Source: a virus. Taken from it: 64,000 nucleotides of DNA. The first letter of the stretch is position 1. The number at the start of each line of letters is the position of its first letter. The translations under genes were made by a program, and so were the position numbers. Where the stretch lies: IMG/VR virus record IMGVR_UViG_3300037485_001485, positions 8,989 to 72,988 of that record; one strand, 5' to 3'. The notes beneath the pieces were generated by a model. That model made no database searches, was not told the DNA's origin, and worked only from the letters and a program-made list of their open reading frames with translations. Positions 38,404 to 47,861 of this stretch are shown here, one piece after another.

Positions 38404-38817
38404 TCAAGCGTGCAGGAGGTAGCCCGCAGCCGCCACAAGGTCGTCGGGGCCGTGAAGCGTCGATGCCCCGTCGCGGCGTACCAACAGCAGCAACCGAGTC
38501 CGCGCCAGCCGCTCCAGCATCTTCTTCGCGCCCTCCGATGCGGCGTCTCCGGCCTGGATCTCCCGCAGCACCATCGGCACAGAGGCCACGGGCGCCGGGA
38601 TGTCGGGGATGATCCCGGTGAGGTCGGGCCGTTCGGCGTCGGGGAACGTCCCCGGCGCGTCAAGCCAGCCGCAGCGATAGGCGCGGCAAGGGTGCGGACG
38701 CTCGGCGTAGATGGCGCAGCCCCCGCTGGCGTGCGCGCACGCCGTGAACGCGGGCTTCGCGAGGGCGTCGATGCTGAACGCCGTGCAGCACGCCGTGCAG
38801 TCTCCGCAGCCCCTCAT
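38404..38817 (-). CDS. YkgJ-like CxxCxxCC (Fe-S/Zn cluster) protein
   Basis: CGDCTACC...C.H...GCAIYAERP..CRAYRCGWL. Confidence 0.8.
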   Translation of the reverse strand: MRGCGDCTACCTAFSIDALAKPAFTACAHASGGCAIYAERPHPCRAYRCGWLDAPGTFPDAERPDLTGIIPDIPAPVASVPMVLREIQAGDAASEGAKKMLERLARTRLLLLVRRDGASTLHGPDDLVAAAGYLLHA

Positions 38818-40604
38818 GCGTTGAGCTTCGCGAGGATCGAGTCGAACACGGCGTCGGGATCGTCCAGCCCGGCGAGGGCTTCGCTCGCCCCGTCCAAGCT
38901 CCCCCCGTCGGCGACCCGCTCGACACGGGCGATCTTGTCGAGGAGGATCGACGCGACGTGCTCGTCCACCGTGCCCTCCGCGATGCAGTAGTAGATGCAG
39001 ACGGGGCGGTCCTGCCCAAGCCGGGTGAAGCGGCCCTCCCATTGGGTCAGTTGGCCCGGCGTGTACGGCAGCATCACGAAGAAGGCGGCGTCGGTGCATT
39101 GGAGCCCGTCGATGGCCGTGCCCCACGCCTCACCCGTCCCGACGAGCACACACCCGCCGTCATGCGCGATGTAGGCCCGCTTGATGTCGTCGCGCTCGTT
39201 CTGGCTATGCCCGCCGTGCCCACACCAGACGGTCGCCTTCCGACACGCGCCCCGGATGCTCGCGGCGAGGTCGTCGGAGTCCCGACGGCGCCCGGTGAAC
39301 ACGACGATCTTATGCCCGCTCTCGACATGGTCGGCGATGCGCCCCAGCACCGCTTTGCGCTTCTTCGACGCCGCCTCCGCGAGCTTCAGTTCCAGCAAGG
39401 CCGCCGGCCCGTTGCCCGCCGCTGCCTTCTGTTCGCGGCTGAACCCAGGGGCCGCGTCGCACTGTTCGGCGCCGCTGATATACATGCTCTCCCGACGCTT
39501 CGCGGGGAGTTGGGCGTGGGTCGTCGCGTGATCGACCCGGTGTAGCAGGTAGCCCAGCCGTGCCACAAGTTCGTCGGGGTTGCTAATCCCTGACGTGTCG
39601 AGCCCGCCGTAGGTGCCCGGCCGCGCGTCACAATAGCGACGCGCCCAAACGCTGAAGCTGCCCCAAGCCCCCGGCTCTAACAAGTCGAGTTGGCCCCAAA
39701 GGTCGCGGATACGGTCGGACACCGGGGTCGCCGTCGTCGCCAGCCGCCGCGTCGCCGCCTTCGACAACGTCGCCACCGCCGTCACGGTGTTGTCCCTGGG
39801 CATGATGCCGACGATCCCGCCGTCCTGCGAGGGCTTGACGAAGCCGCCTCGCGCCTTGACGCTGGCGATGGCTGCGGCGTCGTCCTCCGCAAGCGGCAGA
39901 ACCTCCCAGCGTTTGCCGCTCTTTCCCTTGTGGCTCTCGTCCAGAACGAGCGAGGTTACACCCGTCGCGAGCAGCGCGTTGACATGGTCGGCTACGCTCT
40001 CCCAGCCGACGACGATCCACGGGGGTTGACCCTCCTGCCGGCACCACGCGACGTAGTCGGCGAGGCCCTGCCAGCGGTCACGCTTCCGCACTTCGGCGGC
40101 GGGCTTCAGGGCGTAAGCCTCGTAGCGGGTGAAGCGTGACACCTCGCGCGCGAACTGCGCCCGCGTCGTTGCCCGCGTCACGATGACGGTGGCCCCGTGG
40201 GGACGGCTCGCCGCCCACAGGATCGCCGACACCGTTTTGCCGCTGCCCGTCGGATGATGGAGCATGGCCCCCGCCCGGTTGACAGTAAAAGCCAACGCCT
40301 CTCGTTGGTACGTTGTCAGAAACCCGTCGAGGACAAACGGCTTCGCCACGCCGTCGAGCGAGGCGCGCACCTCCTCCCAGGACGCATCGCCTTGCGGGGG
40401 CTGAAGCCATGCCACGTCGCCCGCCGTCACGCCGACGCCGCGCAGCAGCCCGTCGAGGATCGGGACGGCGTGCCACGACGCCGTGACGCGAGGCCCCTTC
40501 ACCCGCACGCCGGGGATGGCTTCCATCGCTTCCGCCAGCCCGTTCGGCATCGGGGGCATCGTCGCCGTAAGGTGCGGATAAGAAGGCGGGGCAAAGCGGC
40601 TCAT
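38814..40604 (-). CDS. second SNF2-like superfamily-2 helicase
   Basis: LTTYQ, HPTGSGKT, DESH, TATP, QWEGRFTRLGQ. Confidence 0.85.
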   Translation of the reverse strand: MSRFAPPSYPHLTATMPPMPNGLAEAMEAIPGVRVKGPRVTASWHAVPILDGLLRGVGVTAGDVAWLQPPQGDASWEEVRASLDGVAKPFVLDGFLTTYQREALAFTVNRAGAMLHHPTGSGKTVSAILWAASRPHGATVIVTRATTRAQFAREVSRFTRYEAYALKPAAEVRKRDRWQGLADYVAWCRQEGQPPWIVVGWESVADHVNALLATGVTSLVLDESHKGKSGKRWEVLPLAEDDAAAIASVKARGGFVKPSQDGGIVGIMPRDNTVTAVATLSKAATRRLATTATPVSDRIRDLWGQLDLLEPGAWGSFSVWARRYCDARPGTYGGLDTSGISNPDELVARLGYLLHRVDHATTHAQLPAKRRESMYISGAEQCDAAPGFSREQKAAAGNGPAALLELKLAEAASKKRKAVLGRIADHVESGHKIVVFTGRRRDSDDLAASIRGACRKATVWCGHGGHSQNERDDIKRAYIAHDGGCVLVGTGEAWGTAIDGLQCTDAAFFVMLPYTPGQLTQWEGRFTRLGQDRPVCIYYCIAEGTVDEHVASILLDKIARVERVADGGSLDGASEALAGLDDPDAVFDSILAKLNA

Positions 40605-40647
40605 AGCTGTTCTCCGTTGTTCCGCATAGCCCCGCCCTTGCCAGCCG

Positions 40648-41058
40648 TCAAGGCTTCGGGGCTCCAGGGGTCAGGTGGGCGTCGAGGACGAGGGCGGCGG
40701 CGCGACGGCGCTCCACCGCGAGGATGCGATCCAGGGCCACGGCGCGGTCGTCCGTCCACTCGATGCACGGATCCACGATGGGGCAGTCGGGCACCGGCCG
40801 CCCCTGCTGCCACGACGCCGTAGCGCACCCGTCGGTGAGCGTCCAGTAGTGCTCCGTCCAACGCTGCCCGAAGCCCACAGCGCGCGTCGGGTCGAGGTGG
40901 TAGGGGCTCCCCTCGGGGAGCCGGGCGTTGACCAGCCAAACAAGCGAGCGCAGCGGGCACGTCTCGGTCGGGTCCACGTCCATCCACTCCTCGCAGCAAT
41001 ACGCGCAGACATCGGGCTCTCCGGCGGGCTCGCGGACGTGGGGCAGCAGGGCGCTCAT
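40648..41058 (-). CDS. small early protein (MSALLPHV...)
   Basis: ATGA overlap with the upstream gene; Cys/Trp-rich. Confidence 0.55.
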   Translation of the reverse strand: MSALLPHVREPAGEPDVCAYCCEEWMDVDPTETCPLRSLVWLVNARLPEGSPYHLDPTRAVGFGQRWTEHYWTLTDGCATASWQQGRPVPDCPIVDPCIEWTDDRAVALDRILAVERRRAAALVLDAHLTPGAPKP

Positions 41059-41432
41059 GGCGCACTCTCCAGCGCGGCGACGAGGGCCTCGGCCTCGGTG
41101 CGGCAACATGCGAGTGCTTTCTTGTGGAGCCACCCCGCGTAGACCACCGCCCACACCGTCGCGCCTCGCGGCACAACGGTGATCTTCGGATCCCCCCACG
41201 CCTCCCGCACCAACGCGAGCAGACACCCCCGCGTTGCGGCGTCGGTGAGGTCGGGGATGACAGGCCACGCCGCATAGTCCCAGGTGTCGCCACCGTCGAG
41301 GACGCGACCCTCGCGCAAGAGGTAGTCGCGCATACCGGGCGGGGTAGCGCGCAGGCGCATCATCCCCGGAAGCCAACACCAGCCCTTGCAGGCGACGAGG
41401 CGACGGGAGAGGGCAATCTGTTCGTCGGTCAT
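41055..41432 (-). CDS. small early protein (MTDEQIAL...)
   Basis: W.WLPGM...PDLTDAATRGCLLALVREAW...TEAEALVAALE pattern recalled from phage proteins. Confidence 0.7.
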   Translation of the reverse strand: MTDEQIALSRRLVACKGWCWLPGMMRLRATPPGMRDYLLREGRVLDGGDTWDYAAWPVIPDLTDAATRGCLLALVREAWGDPKITVVPRGATVWAVVYAGWLHKKALACCRTEAEALVAALESAP

Positions 41433-41755
41433 TTCGTCTCCTGGGCGGGCGACCACGGCGCGAGGTGCGGACACGCGGGGTCAGCCATGAGGTAGCGGTA
41501 GCCAGCGGCATCGAGGGAGAGCGGCACGACCACTACCCCCGACAGGAACGACCCGCGTTCGTTCGCGCACACCACAGACCGCCCTACGTCGTCGGCCCAC
41601 ACCTGACCGGCGCGGTAGCCGGGGTGCGGGAGCGGGTACGCCGCGTCATGGGCGGCTGCTTTCGCCAGGGTCATGTCCGTGTGCCACGGGCGTTCGGGCA
41701 GACGGTCAGGAGCGCACGGGAAGGCACGCCGGACGGCTTCGGGTAAGGGCTTCAT
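41429..41755 (-). CDS. small early protein
   Basis: 108 aa; ATGA-coupled on both sides. Confidence 0.6.
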   Translation of the reverse strand: MKPLPEAVRRAFPCAPDRLPERPWHTDMTLAKAAAHDAAYPLPHPGYRAGQVWADDVGRSVVCANERGSFLSGVVVVPLSLDAAGYRYLMADPACPHLAPWSPAQETK

Positions 41756-42240
41756 TTCTCCTCCTCGCGGCGGTGCTCACCGCGCTCGATTGCAAGTGCC
41801 AGGGCGGTGTAGCCACCTCGCTTGATGTGCCATCCGGCGATGATCGCTGCGTTCCGCTTCCGCTCCTCCCGCCGCGCCTCGTCCAGCAGGGCGGCGAGGG
41901 CGGCCCCGATCGCGCTCCGGATGTCCGCGCGATACTCCCCACCGTCGGCAATGGGACGCCCGATCGCCTCCTCGACGCAGGGGATGATACGCGCGCGCTC
42001 CTCCCGAAGCCCGGCCCGTCGCCCGTGTTCGCGCTCCCGCTCGGCCGTGGCGGCTCGGGTGAGGGCAGCGGCCCGCTCGGCGGCGCGCTCGGCGGCGCGC
42101 TCCAACCGCAGCCGCTCGACCTCTGCGCGGATCTCGGCCAGCGCAGAGAAGGCGTCGTCGCGTGCGGTATTGCTCATCCGGTCGTCGCCGTAAATGCCGT
42201 CGTTGATGCGGCTCTCGATGTCGTCAAGGTCGATAGTCAT
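41752..42240 (-). CDS. small early protein with shared IERGEHRREE tail
   Basis: MTIDLDDIE...EVERLR (Ead/Ea22-like start); shared C-terminal module. Confidence 0.7.
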   Translation of the reverse strand: MTIDLDDIESRINDGIYGDDRMSNTARDDAFSALAEIRAEVERLRLERAAERAAERAAALTRAATAEREREHGRRAGLREERARIIPCVEEAIGRPIADGGEYRADIRSAIGAALAALLDEARREERKRNAAIIAGWHIKRGGYTALALAIERGEHRREEEK

Positions 42241-42521
42241 TTCTCCTCCGCGCGGCGGTGCCCGCCGCGCTCGATTGCAAGTGCCAGGATGGGGTACTCC
42301 TCGTCGCGCAACCACGTCACCACGGCGGCGCGCTCGCGCTCTGCCTCCGGGTGCAGGGGCATCGGCGTGTCGCCCGTGGTCGTGCCGTCCTCGCAGTCGG
42401 GGCAGTTGTGCCGGTAGCTCGTCGCAAAGCTGAACGCACCCCCTCCATCGTGGTGGATCTTGAGGTTGCCTCCCGTGACGCAGCAGCGCCCCGTGCAGGT
42501 CGGGCAGGGTTCGTCGGTCAT
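42237..42521 (-). CDS. Zn-finger protein with shared tail
   Basis: CPTCTG...CPDCEDG; ends LAIERGGHRRAEEK. Confidence 0.7.
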   Translation of the reverse strand: MTDEPCPTCTGRCCVTGGNLKIHHDGGGAFSFATSYRHNCPDCEDGTTTGDTPMPLHPEAERERAAVVTWLRDEEYPILALAIERGGHRRAEEK

Positions 42522-42976
42522 TTCGACTCCTCGCGGCGGTGCTCGCCGTTCTCGATGATGTAAATGGCGTAGTCGATGTCGTCAGATGCGTGGGCAGTTT
42601 CAGACGTGGCGAGTGTTTCCCGCAGGAACGCCACCACGACGGCCCGTTCGCGCTTCGCGTCCTCGGCGTTCTCGTTCTCCGCTTTCGCGGCTTCCTCGGC
42701 CCACGTCCGCATGGTCGCGGCCTCGGTGCGAGCGGCTTCCACCTCCGCGATCAACGCGGCGATGTCGCCGGGGGCGGCGGTGATAAAGTCGGCGTCGGCG
42801 TTGGCCTGCGTCCACCCACGGGCGCTACCCTGCTCCGTCGCGTGACACCGCAGCGGGCCGTGCGCCGACCACGCCTTCGGCCCGAACTCGCCGGCTCCGG
42901 GGGCGATTGCGCCCTTCGTCGGCCACTTTCCCACGACGCGGGCCAGCCGGGCTTTGATCGCGTTGAGGTCGATCAT
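42518..42976 (-). CDS. Ead/Ea22-like protein with shared tail
   Basis: MIDLNAIKAR...ADADFITAAPGDIAALIAEVE; ends IENGEHRREESK. Confidence 0.7.
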   Translation of the reverse strand: MIDLNAIKARLARVVGKWPTKGAIAPGAGEFGPKAWSAHGPLRCHATEQGSARGWTQANADADFITAAPGDIAALIAEVEAARTEAATMRTWAEEAAKAENENAEDAKRERAVVVAFLRETLATSETAHASDDIDYAIYIIENGEHRREESK

Positions 42977-43230
42977 TCCGTCTCCTCGTTGTAGGGCACG
43001 GGCAGACAGACGATGACTTGGCCGGCTCCGGTGTGCCAGCACTCCACGTCGGGACGCGGGGCCTCGCAGGGCGTCCAAGACACCGGGGCAAGCGCGGAGC
43101 GTGCCGGGGCGGCCTCGGTGGCGCCAGCCTGTACCAAGATCGCGCCGATGCCGGCGCAGGCGGCGGCGCTCGCGACGGCGAGGAGGGTGGCGAGGATGAC
43201 TCCGAAGATATGATCGTTTGAACTGCTCAT
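42973..43230 (-). CDS. small membrane protein
   Basis: N-terminal TM; three-Cys C-terminal part; ATGA coupling. Confidence 0.6.
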   Translation of the reverse strand: MSSSNDHIFGVILATLLAVASAAACAGIGAILVQAGATEAAPARSALAPVSWTPCEAPRPDVECWHTGAGQVIVCLPVPYNEETE

Positions 43231-43709
43231 TCCTTCTCCTCGCGGCGGTGCTCGCCGCGTTCGATGGCGGACGCGAAATCGTCGAGTCGTGCCCCACGCA
43301 CGAACGCCACCACGGCGGCGCGCTCGGCGGCGACCTCGGCCCGCGCCTCATCACGCTCCCGCTCGGCACGCTCGATGTCGCTGTGGTCGTTGTAGTCGGC
43401 CCGAAGCTGGCTCACGTCGTCCACCGCGCGCCGCCACAGGTGGACCCACCCGCTCTCCAGGGTGTTGCCGTCGGTGTCGGTGCCGGTGAGAATAGCGCAC
43501 TCGGCCAGCATCCGGCGGGCGTCGTCGCGCGCGGCTCGCTCGGCGGCGACCTCGGAGCGCAGGGCGCACACGGCCGCCCAAGCGGCGCGGTGGGCCTCGG
43601 ACCCGCCTTCGCGCGCCTCGGCGGGCATCTCGCCCCGGCAGACGGCGGCGATGTCGGAGAGGAGATCGTCGGCGGCGTGAGCGCGGTGGCGCCACTCGTC
43701 ATGGATCAT
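43227..43709 (-). CDS. small early protein with shared tail
   Basis: Ends SAIERGEHRREEKE; promoter boxes at 43759-43772 and 43801-43814. Confidence 0.65.
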   Translation of the reverse strand: MIHDEWRHRAHAADDLLSDIAAVCRGEMPAEAREGGSEAHRAAWAAVCALRSEVAAERAARDDARRMLAECAILTGTDTDGNTLESGWVHLWRRAVDDVSQLRADYNDHSDIERAERERDEARAEVAAERAAVVAFVRGARLDDFASAIERGEHRREEKE

Positions 43710-43855
43710 TTCGGGCTCCGGGGTGACGGACGTTGCGCGAAAGAGCATAGCGCGAGCCTTGCCAGCCGGCAACGTGCGGAGTGTTCTCATATAGCGATTA
43801 TTGCCACTCGGCAAAAGCGGCGGGGTCGGTTACCCGTCCCGGCGAGGCAACACAC

Positions 43856-45031
43856 ATGATCAGTGAGAAGGAAGCGGCCTGGGCCATCCCGCCGCAGGGT
43901 TGGGTACGCGACTACATCGAGCACGCCGTGCTCCAGACGACGAGCCCGCTGGGCTACCATCTCGCGACGGCGCTCGCCGTCCTCGCGACGACGTGCCCCA
44001 CCGACTACGGGATGCGCTACGCGGGGACGATGCGCCCCAACTTCTACGCCCTGCTCGTCGGGCGTTCGGGCGAAGACCAGAAGAGCACGGCGCTGGGCAT
44101 CGGGCGCGACATCCTCTTCGCGGCGGCGCCGACGCTCATCGGCGAACATCCGGGGAGCTGGGAAGGGCTCGTTGACTCGCTCTCGCGTCAGCCGTCCCAG
44201 GTGCTCGTCTACTCCGAGTTCGGCAAGTTCCTTTCGCAGGCGCAGAAGGGGTACTTTGAGCCGCTGAAGGCGTTGATGACCGACCTCTGGGACGCGACGC
44301 CGCAGCAGCGGGCGAAGGCGAACGGTCAGTCGATCCGCGTGGACAACCCCCGCCTCTCGATCATGGCGGCGTGCTCGCTGCCCTATCTGGAGCGTCACAC
44401 CGAAGCCCACGATTGGAGCGGCGGCTTCATGGGGCGGTGGGCCGTCATCTACGCTCGGCGCGAGCGCACCGACCCCGACCCCGTCGGCGATCCGTCGCGC
44501 ATCCCGGAACTGGCCGCCGGCCTCGTCGCTCGCGCGACGATTCCCCAGGCGGCGGTTTGCTTGGGCCTCGACGCGCAGGCCAAGGCGATGTGGGATGAGT
44601 GGTACTACGAAGTCGAGCGTCGGCCCTTCCCCGACATGATCTCCGGCGCGAAGACCCGCGCCCCGACCATCGCGCGCAAGGTCGCCATGCTCTACGCCTG
44701 GGACTTCGGGGCGGCGACGGGCGGCGCTCCGTTTCACGTCGGCCTCGACGTGCTGGAGCCGGCGCTGCGCTTCGCGGAACTTCACCTTCGGAGCATCGCG
44801 GGCCTCGCCGACAAGCTCGCCGAGCATCCGGAAGCCGTGACCCGCCGCACGGTGCTGGAGTCGATCCCCGACACCGGGGCGACGCTGGGCCAAGTGCTGC
44901 GTACCACGAAGATGAAGCGTCGCGGCGTCTCTGAGATCCTCGACGCTCTGGTCCTCGACGGGTCGATCACCCGCGCCTCGCTCGCGGGCGGCGACGCCTT
45001 CTTTGAGCGGATGGTCGCCAAGGCCCTGTAG
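43856..45031 (+). CDS. DUF3987/YfjI-like P-loop protein (replicative helicase-type) with C-terminal wHTH
   Basis: NFYALLVGRSGEDQKST, SWEGL, SEFG, LMTDLWD, GGFMGRW. Confidence 0.8.
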   Translation: MISEKEAAWAIPPQGWVRDYIEHAVLQTTSPLGYHLATALAVLATTCPTDYGMRYAGTMRPNFYALLVGRSGEDQKSTALGIGRDILFAAAPTLIGEHPGSWEGLVDSLSRQPSQVLVYSEFGKFLSQAQKGYFEPLKALMTDLWDATPQQRAKANGQSIRVDNPRLSIMAACSLPYLERHTEAHDWSGGFMGRWAVIYARRERTDPDPVGDPSRIPELAAGLVARATIPQAAVCLGLDAQAKAMWDEWYYEVERRPFPDMISGAKTRAPTIARKVAMLYAWDFGAATGGAPFHVGLDVLEPALRFAELHLRSIAGLADKLAEHPEAVTRRTVLESIPDTGATLGQVLRTTKMKRRGVSEILDALVLDGSITRASLAGGDAFFERMVAKAL

Positions 45032-45052
45032 ACGGCCGCCAGCGGCAACGCA

Positions 45053-45086
45053 AAAGGGGCATCGGGTTTCGGCCCGGTGCCCCTTT
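45053..45086. terminator. bidirectional terminator-like hairpin
   Basis: AAAGGGGCATCGGG...CCCGGTGCCCCTTT between convergent genes. Confidence 0.7.
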
Positions 45087-45105
45087 CGCTTTGTGTGGCG
45101 ACCCT

Positions 45106-45720
45106 CTACGCGGCGGTGCGACGGTGCTCGCGGAGGAGACGCTGCATCGTGGTCGGAGCCATCGGCACGGCCTCACCCGGCGCACGGGGGAGCAGGGGCG
45201 CCGACGCCGACGGTGCATCGTCCCCGTAGGCCCAACGGGTGACCACGTCGAGCGGTGCGCGGGGAAGCAGCGCGTAGTCGGCCGTCACACCCGCCGGGGC
45301 GGCGAAGAAGGCGCGATCCGGGAAGGCGCGTTCCTTGGCTTCGGAGTGAACGCGCATCCCCCACGTCATCCCGGCGAGGTCACGGGGTTTCAGATGGCCG
45401 GCGATCACCAGCAACGCGATAGCCGCCACCACGTCCTCCGGCACGTCCACCGCAAGCTCCGACACGATGAGGTCCGGCACCTCCTCTCCCACGCTCGCCG
45501 ACCACGCGACGTAGCAGCGCCACGCGGTTCGATGCGGTGAGCGATGGTGCGCCGGCAGGGTGGCTACCCATCCCGCCAGCCCTTCGCTCGTCAGCGGCGC
45601 GTGCGCGAGCATCCGCCGCACCTGGGTCAGGTAGGTAGAGACGGACGCCGAGGTCAGCCCCCGTTGCGCGACGAGCCACGCGGCGAAGGTCTTCCAGGGT
45701 TCGGATCGAGTGCGGGCCAT
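45106..45720 (-). CDS. truncated tyrosine-recombinase-like protein (N-terminal SAM-like domain, no catalytic C-terminus)
   Basis: FAAWLVAQRGLTSASVSTYLTQVRRML resembles the XerC/D N-terminus; ends before any H-x-x-R or catalytic Tyr. Confidence 0.55.
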   Translation of the reverse strand: MARTRSEPWKTFAAWLVAQRGLTSASVSTYLTQVRRMLAHAPLTSEGLAGWVATLPAHHRSPHRTAWRCYVAWSASVGEEVPDLIVSELAVDVPEDVVAAIALLVIAGHLKPRDLAGMTWGMRVHSEAKERAFPDRAFFAAPAGVTADYALLPRAPLDVVTRWAYGDDAPSASAPLLPRAPGEAVPMAPTTMQRLLREHRRTAA

Positions 45721-45809
45721 GATGCTCCTGACAGGTGGGAGCTATGGCATAGCCCGCCTGGACACGGGCGGCAAGCGTTGACGGTGCTCTCCCCGGTGCT
45801 GAAGGCGTG

Positions 45810-45889
45810 GAAACGAAACTCCGGAGTTTGGGGAGCGCCGAAACGAAACTCCGGAGTTGGAGGGGGTCCGAAACGAAACTCCGGAGTTT
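45810..45889. repeat. three 19-20 bp direct repeats at exactly 30-bp period with palindromic core (iteron-like)
   Basis: GAAACGAAACTCCGGAGTT at 45810, 45840 and 45870; core AAACTCCGGAGTTT is self-complementary. Confidence 0.9.
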
Positions 45890-46310
45890 GGTGAGCCATA
45901 CCTAATAGGGATAGGGGCATAGCTATCACTTTTTATCTCTCTCTCTATACTCACTTTCCTAATAGGGCATAGCGGCTATGACTTTGGCATCCTGAGTAGG
46001 GGTTCTCGGGGCTTCTCCAGGGGTGTAGAAGCACAGTAAAAAAACACGAGCTATGCCCTATCGCTATTAGGAATAGGGCCTCTTTCCTAATAGCGATAGG
46101 GGGCTATGCCCCAGAAAGTGCCTATGTTGGATAGGCGTATGCCCGCTATGTGTTTGAGCCGATAGGGGGCTATCGGGCTATGAAGTGAGCCGAAACAGTC
46201 AGGCATAGGGGGCTATCGGGCTATGACGCATCGCCGTTCTTTCCACAAAGCGCCCTATGACCATGAACCGCCGTCGGGCATAGGGGGCTATCGAACTATC
46301 GGCATAGTGG
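45890..46310. other. lower-GC non-coding region, candidate replication origin or genome end, with four ATAGGGGGCTAT sites
   Basis: Largest intergenic gap; sharp GC drop; ATAGGGGGCTAT at 46096, 46162, 46205 and 46280; many additional ATAG/CTAT. Confidence 0.6.
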
Positions 46311-46366
46311 ACCCTTGACGCGCGGCAGGGACGAGCTATTAGAGGTGGGCAAGCAAGGAGCACCCG

Positions 46367-47758
46367 ATGCCGACCCCCCTCGACCCGACCCCCCCGACCT
46401 CCAACGGAGCCCCCATGACCCCCCCGAGTCACCTCGTCTACATCCCCCTCGACGGCAAGGCCGTCATCCTCCCGTTCCACGATGCCATGCTCGCCTATGC
46501 GGAGGCCGGCTTCACGGGTCGGATCGTCAAGCCCGACGCCCCGCCCGTCGCCCCCGTTGTCCAGACCGATGCCGGGGCCGTCGCCGCTCAGACCCGCAAC
46601 GTCCGGCACATCGCCGCGCTCGATTCGCTCGGCTTCGCGTTCCCTGAGCCCTTCTTCGCCGTCGGCACCCCGCTGGTCGCGAGCGGGAAGAGCAAGTTCC
46701 GCGCGCTCGCGACCGACCACGCGAGCAAGCCGCCCATCGAAGAGGCGGCGCGCGAGGCTGCGGCGGTCATCGCCGCCGAAAAGCGGGCCAACTTCACCGT
46801 CGCGCTCCGCGATCTGCGGATCACCCCCGAGGGTCAGATCACGCGCGGCAAGGGCGCGATCCCGCTGGAGCCGCTGGCCTGGGAAGCGTTGGTCGGCATG
46901 GCGGCGCCCGTGCTTCCGTCGGCGAAGGCGCTCCTCCGCGTCCTCGATCCCGACCTCCGCGCCGACCTCTGGAACCGGCAGGCGGCGAAGCTGCCCGACA
47001 CCGTCCGCACCCAGGTCGGCGTCCGGAGCGTCGGCGGATCGTGGCAGGCGTTCCGCGCCGTGTCCGGCACCTACCCGACGACGGCACAGGCGGATCGTGT
47101 CCTGCTGGGAGTCGCCGAAGCCCTCGCCGGGGAGGGGATGCGCGGGTCCGTCGTCTACGACCCCGCCAGCACCCGCGTCCGCTGGGAAGCGGCGTGGATG
47201 GCGCCCCAGGAGATCGACCCCCGCGTCGGTGACATCCTCCGCGTCGGCGTCGCCGGCTCGACGGCCGATGCCGCCAACGGCGGGTTCCGGGTGAGCATGG
47301 CCGCGACGCGCATCCTCTGCGTCAATCTCACCATCGCGGACGCCTACCTCGCGGCCTACCGTCGCGCCCACCGTGGCAACCTCGACGGCGTTGTCGGGGA
47401 GATCGCCGCGACGATCAAGGCGGTGCCCGAAGCGTTCGCGGCGTTCGCCGCCGATTGGAAGATCACCCGCGCGACGGCCGTGTCGAAGGTCGCCCTGTTC
47501 GGCACGACCTACAAGGACGTCCCCTCCGCGCTCGCCGCCTTGGTCGAGAAGGGCGAGATCGACGCGGGTGTCGGCCGCGACGCGACCGTCGAAGCCCTGC
47601 TGAACGCCTACAAGGCCGAAGAGGGCGACACGCTGGCCGACCTCCTGAACGCCGTCACCCGCGCCGCGCACGAAGCCGAGTGGTCCGAGTTTAGCCGCGC
47701 CGCACTGGAGCACCGGGCCGGCGAGTTGATGCCGGTGTTCGCCCGCGCCGCCGCGTAG
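46367..47758 (+). CDS. DUF932-like protein
   Basis: RAVSGTY, ATRILCVNL (R-x-x-C-x-N), H-R-G, LLNAVTRAAH; AAGGAG RBS; promoter at 46315. Confidence 0.7.
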   Translation: MPTPLDPTPPTSNGAPMTPPSHLVYIPLDGKAVILPFHDAMLAYAEAGFTGRIVKPDAPPVAPVVQTDAGAVAAQTRNVRHIAALDSLGFAFPEPFFAVGTPLVASGKSKFRALATDHASKPPIEEAAREAAAVIAAEKRANFTVALRDLRITPEGQITRGKGAIPLEPLAWEALVGMAAPVLPSAKALLRVLDPDLRADLWNRQAAKLPDTVRTQVGVRSVGGSWQAFRAVSGTYPTTAQADRVLLGVAEALAGEGMRGSVVYDPASTRVRWEAAWMAPQEIDPRVGDILRVGVAGSTADAANGGFRVSMAATRILCVNLTIADAYLAAYRRAHRGNLDGVVGEIAATIKAVPEAFAAFAADWKITRATAVSKVALFGTTYKDVPSALAALVEKGEIDAGVGRDATVEALLNAYKAEEGDTLADLLNAVTRAAHEAEWSEFSRAALEHRAGELMPVFARAAA

Positions 47759-47790
47759 GTTAGGCGGGTCGGGACAGGCTGGCCGTCAGA

Positions 47791-47831
47791 GGGCCACCGG
47801 GGCATCGTCCCCGGTGGCCTTCGCTCTTTTT
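47791..47831 (+). terminator. rho-independent terminator
   Basis: GGCCACCGGGG...CCCCGGTGGCC followed by a T-rich run. Confidence 0.7.
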
Positions 47832-47861
47832 CCCGTTAGGGTTCCGGGGACTGGAGCCCTC

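Noticed and set aside
41752-43330. Integron cassette array or diversity-generating retroelement
   Set aside because: Repeats are coding and lack attC R/L box structure; no IntI or reverse transcriptase; differences are not adenine-specific
45810-45889. Mini CRISPR array
   Set aside because: Only three 19-20 bp repeats with 10-11 bp gaps, too short for spacers; no cas genes; better explained as iterons
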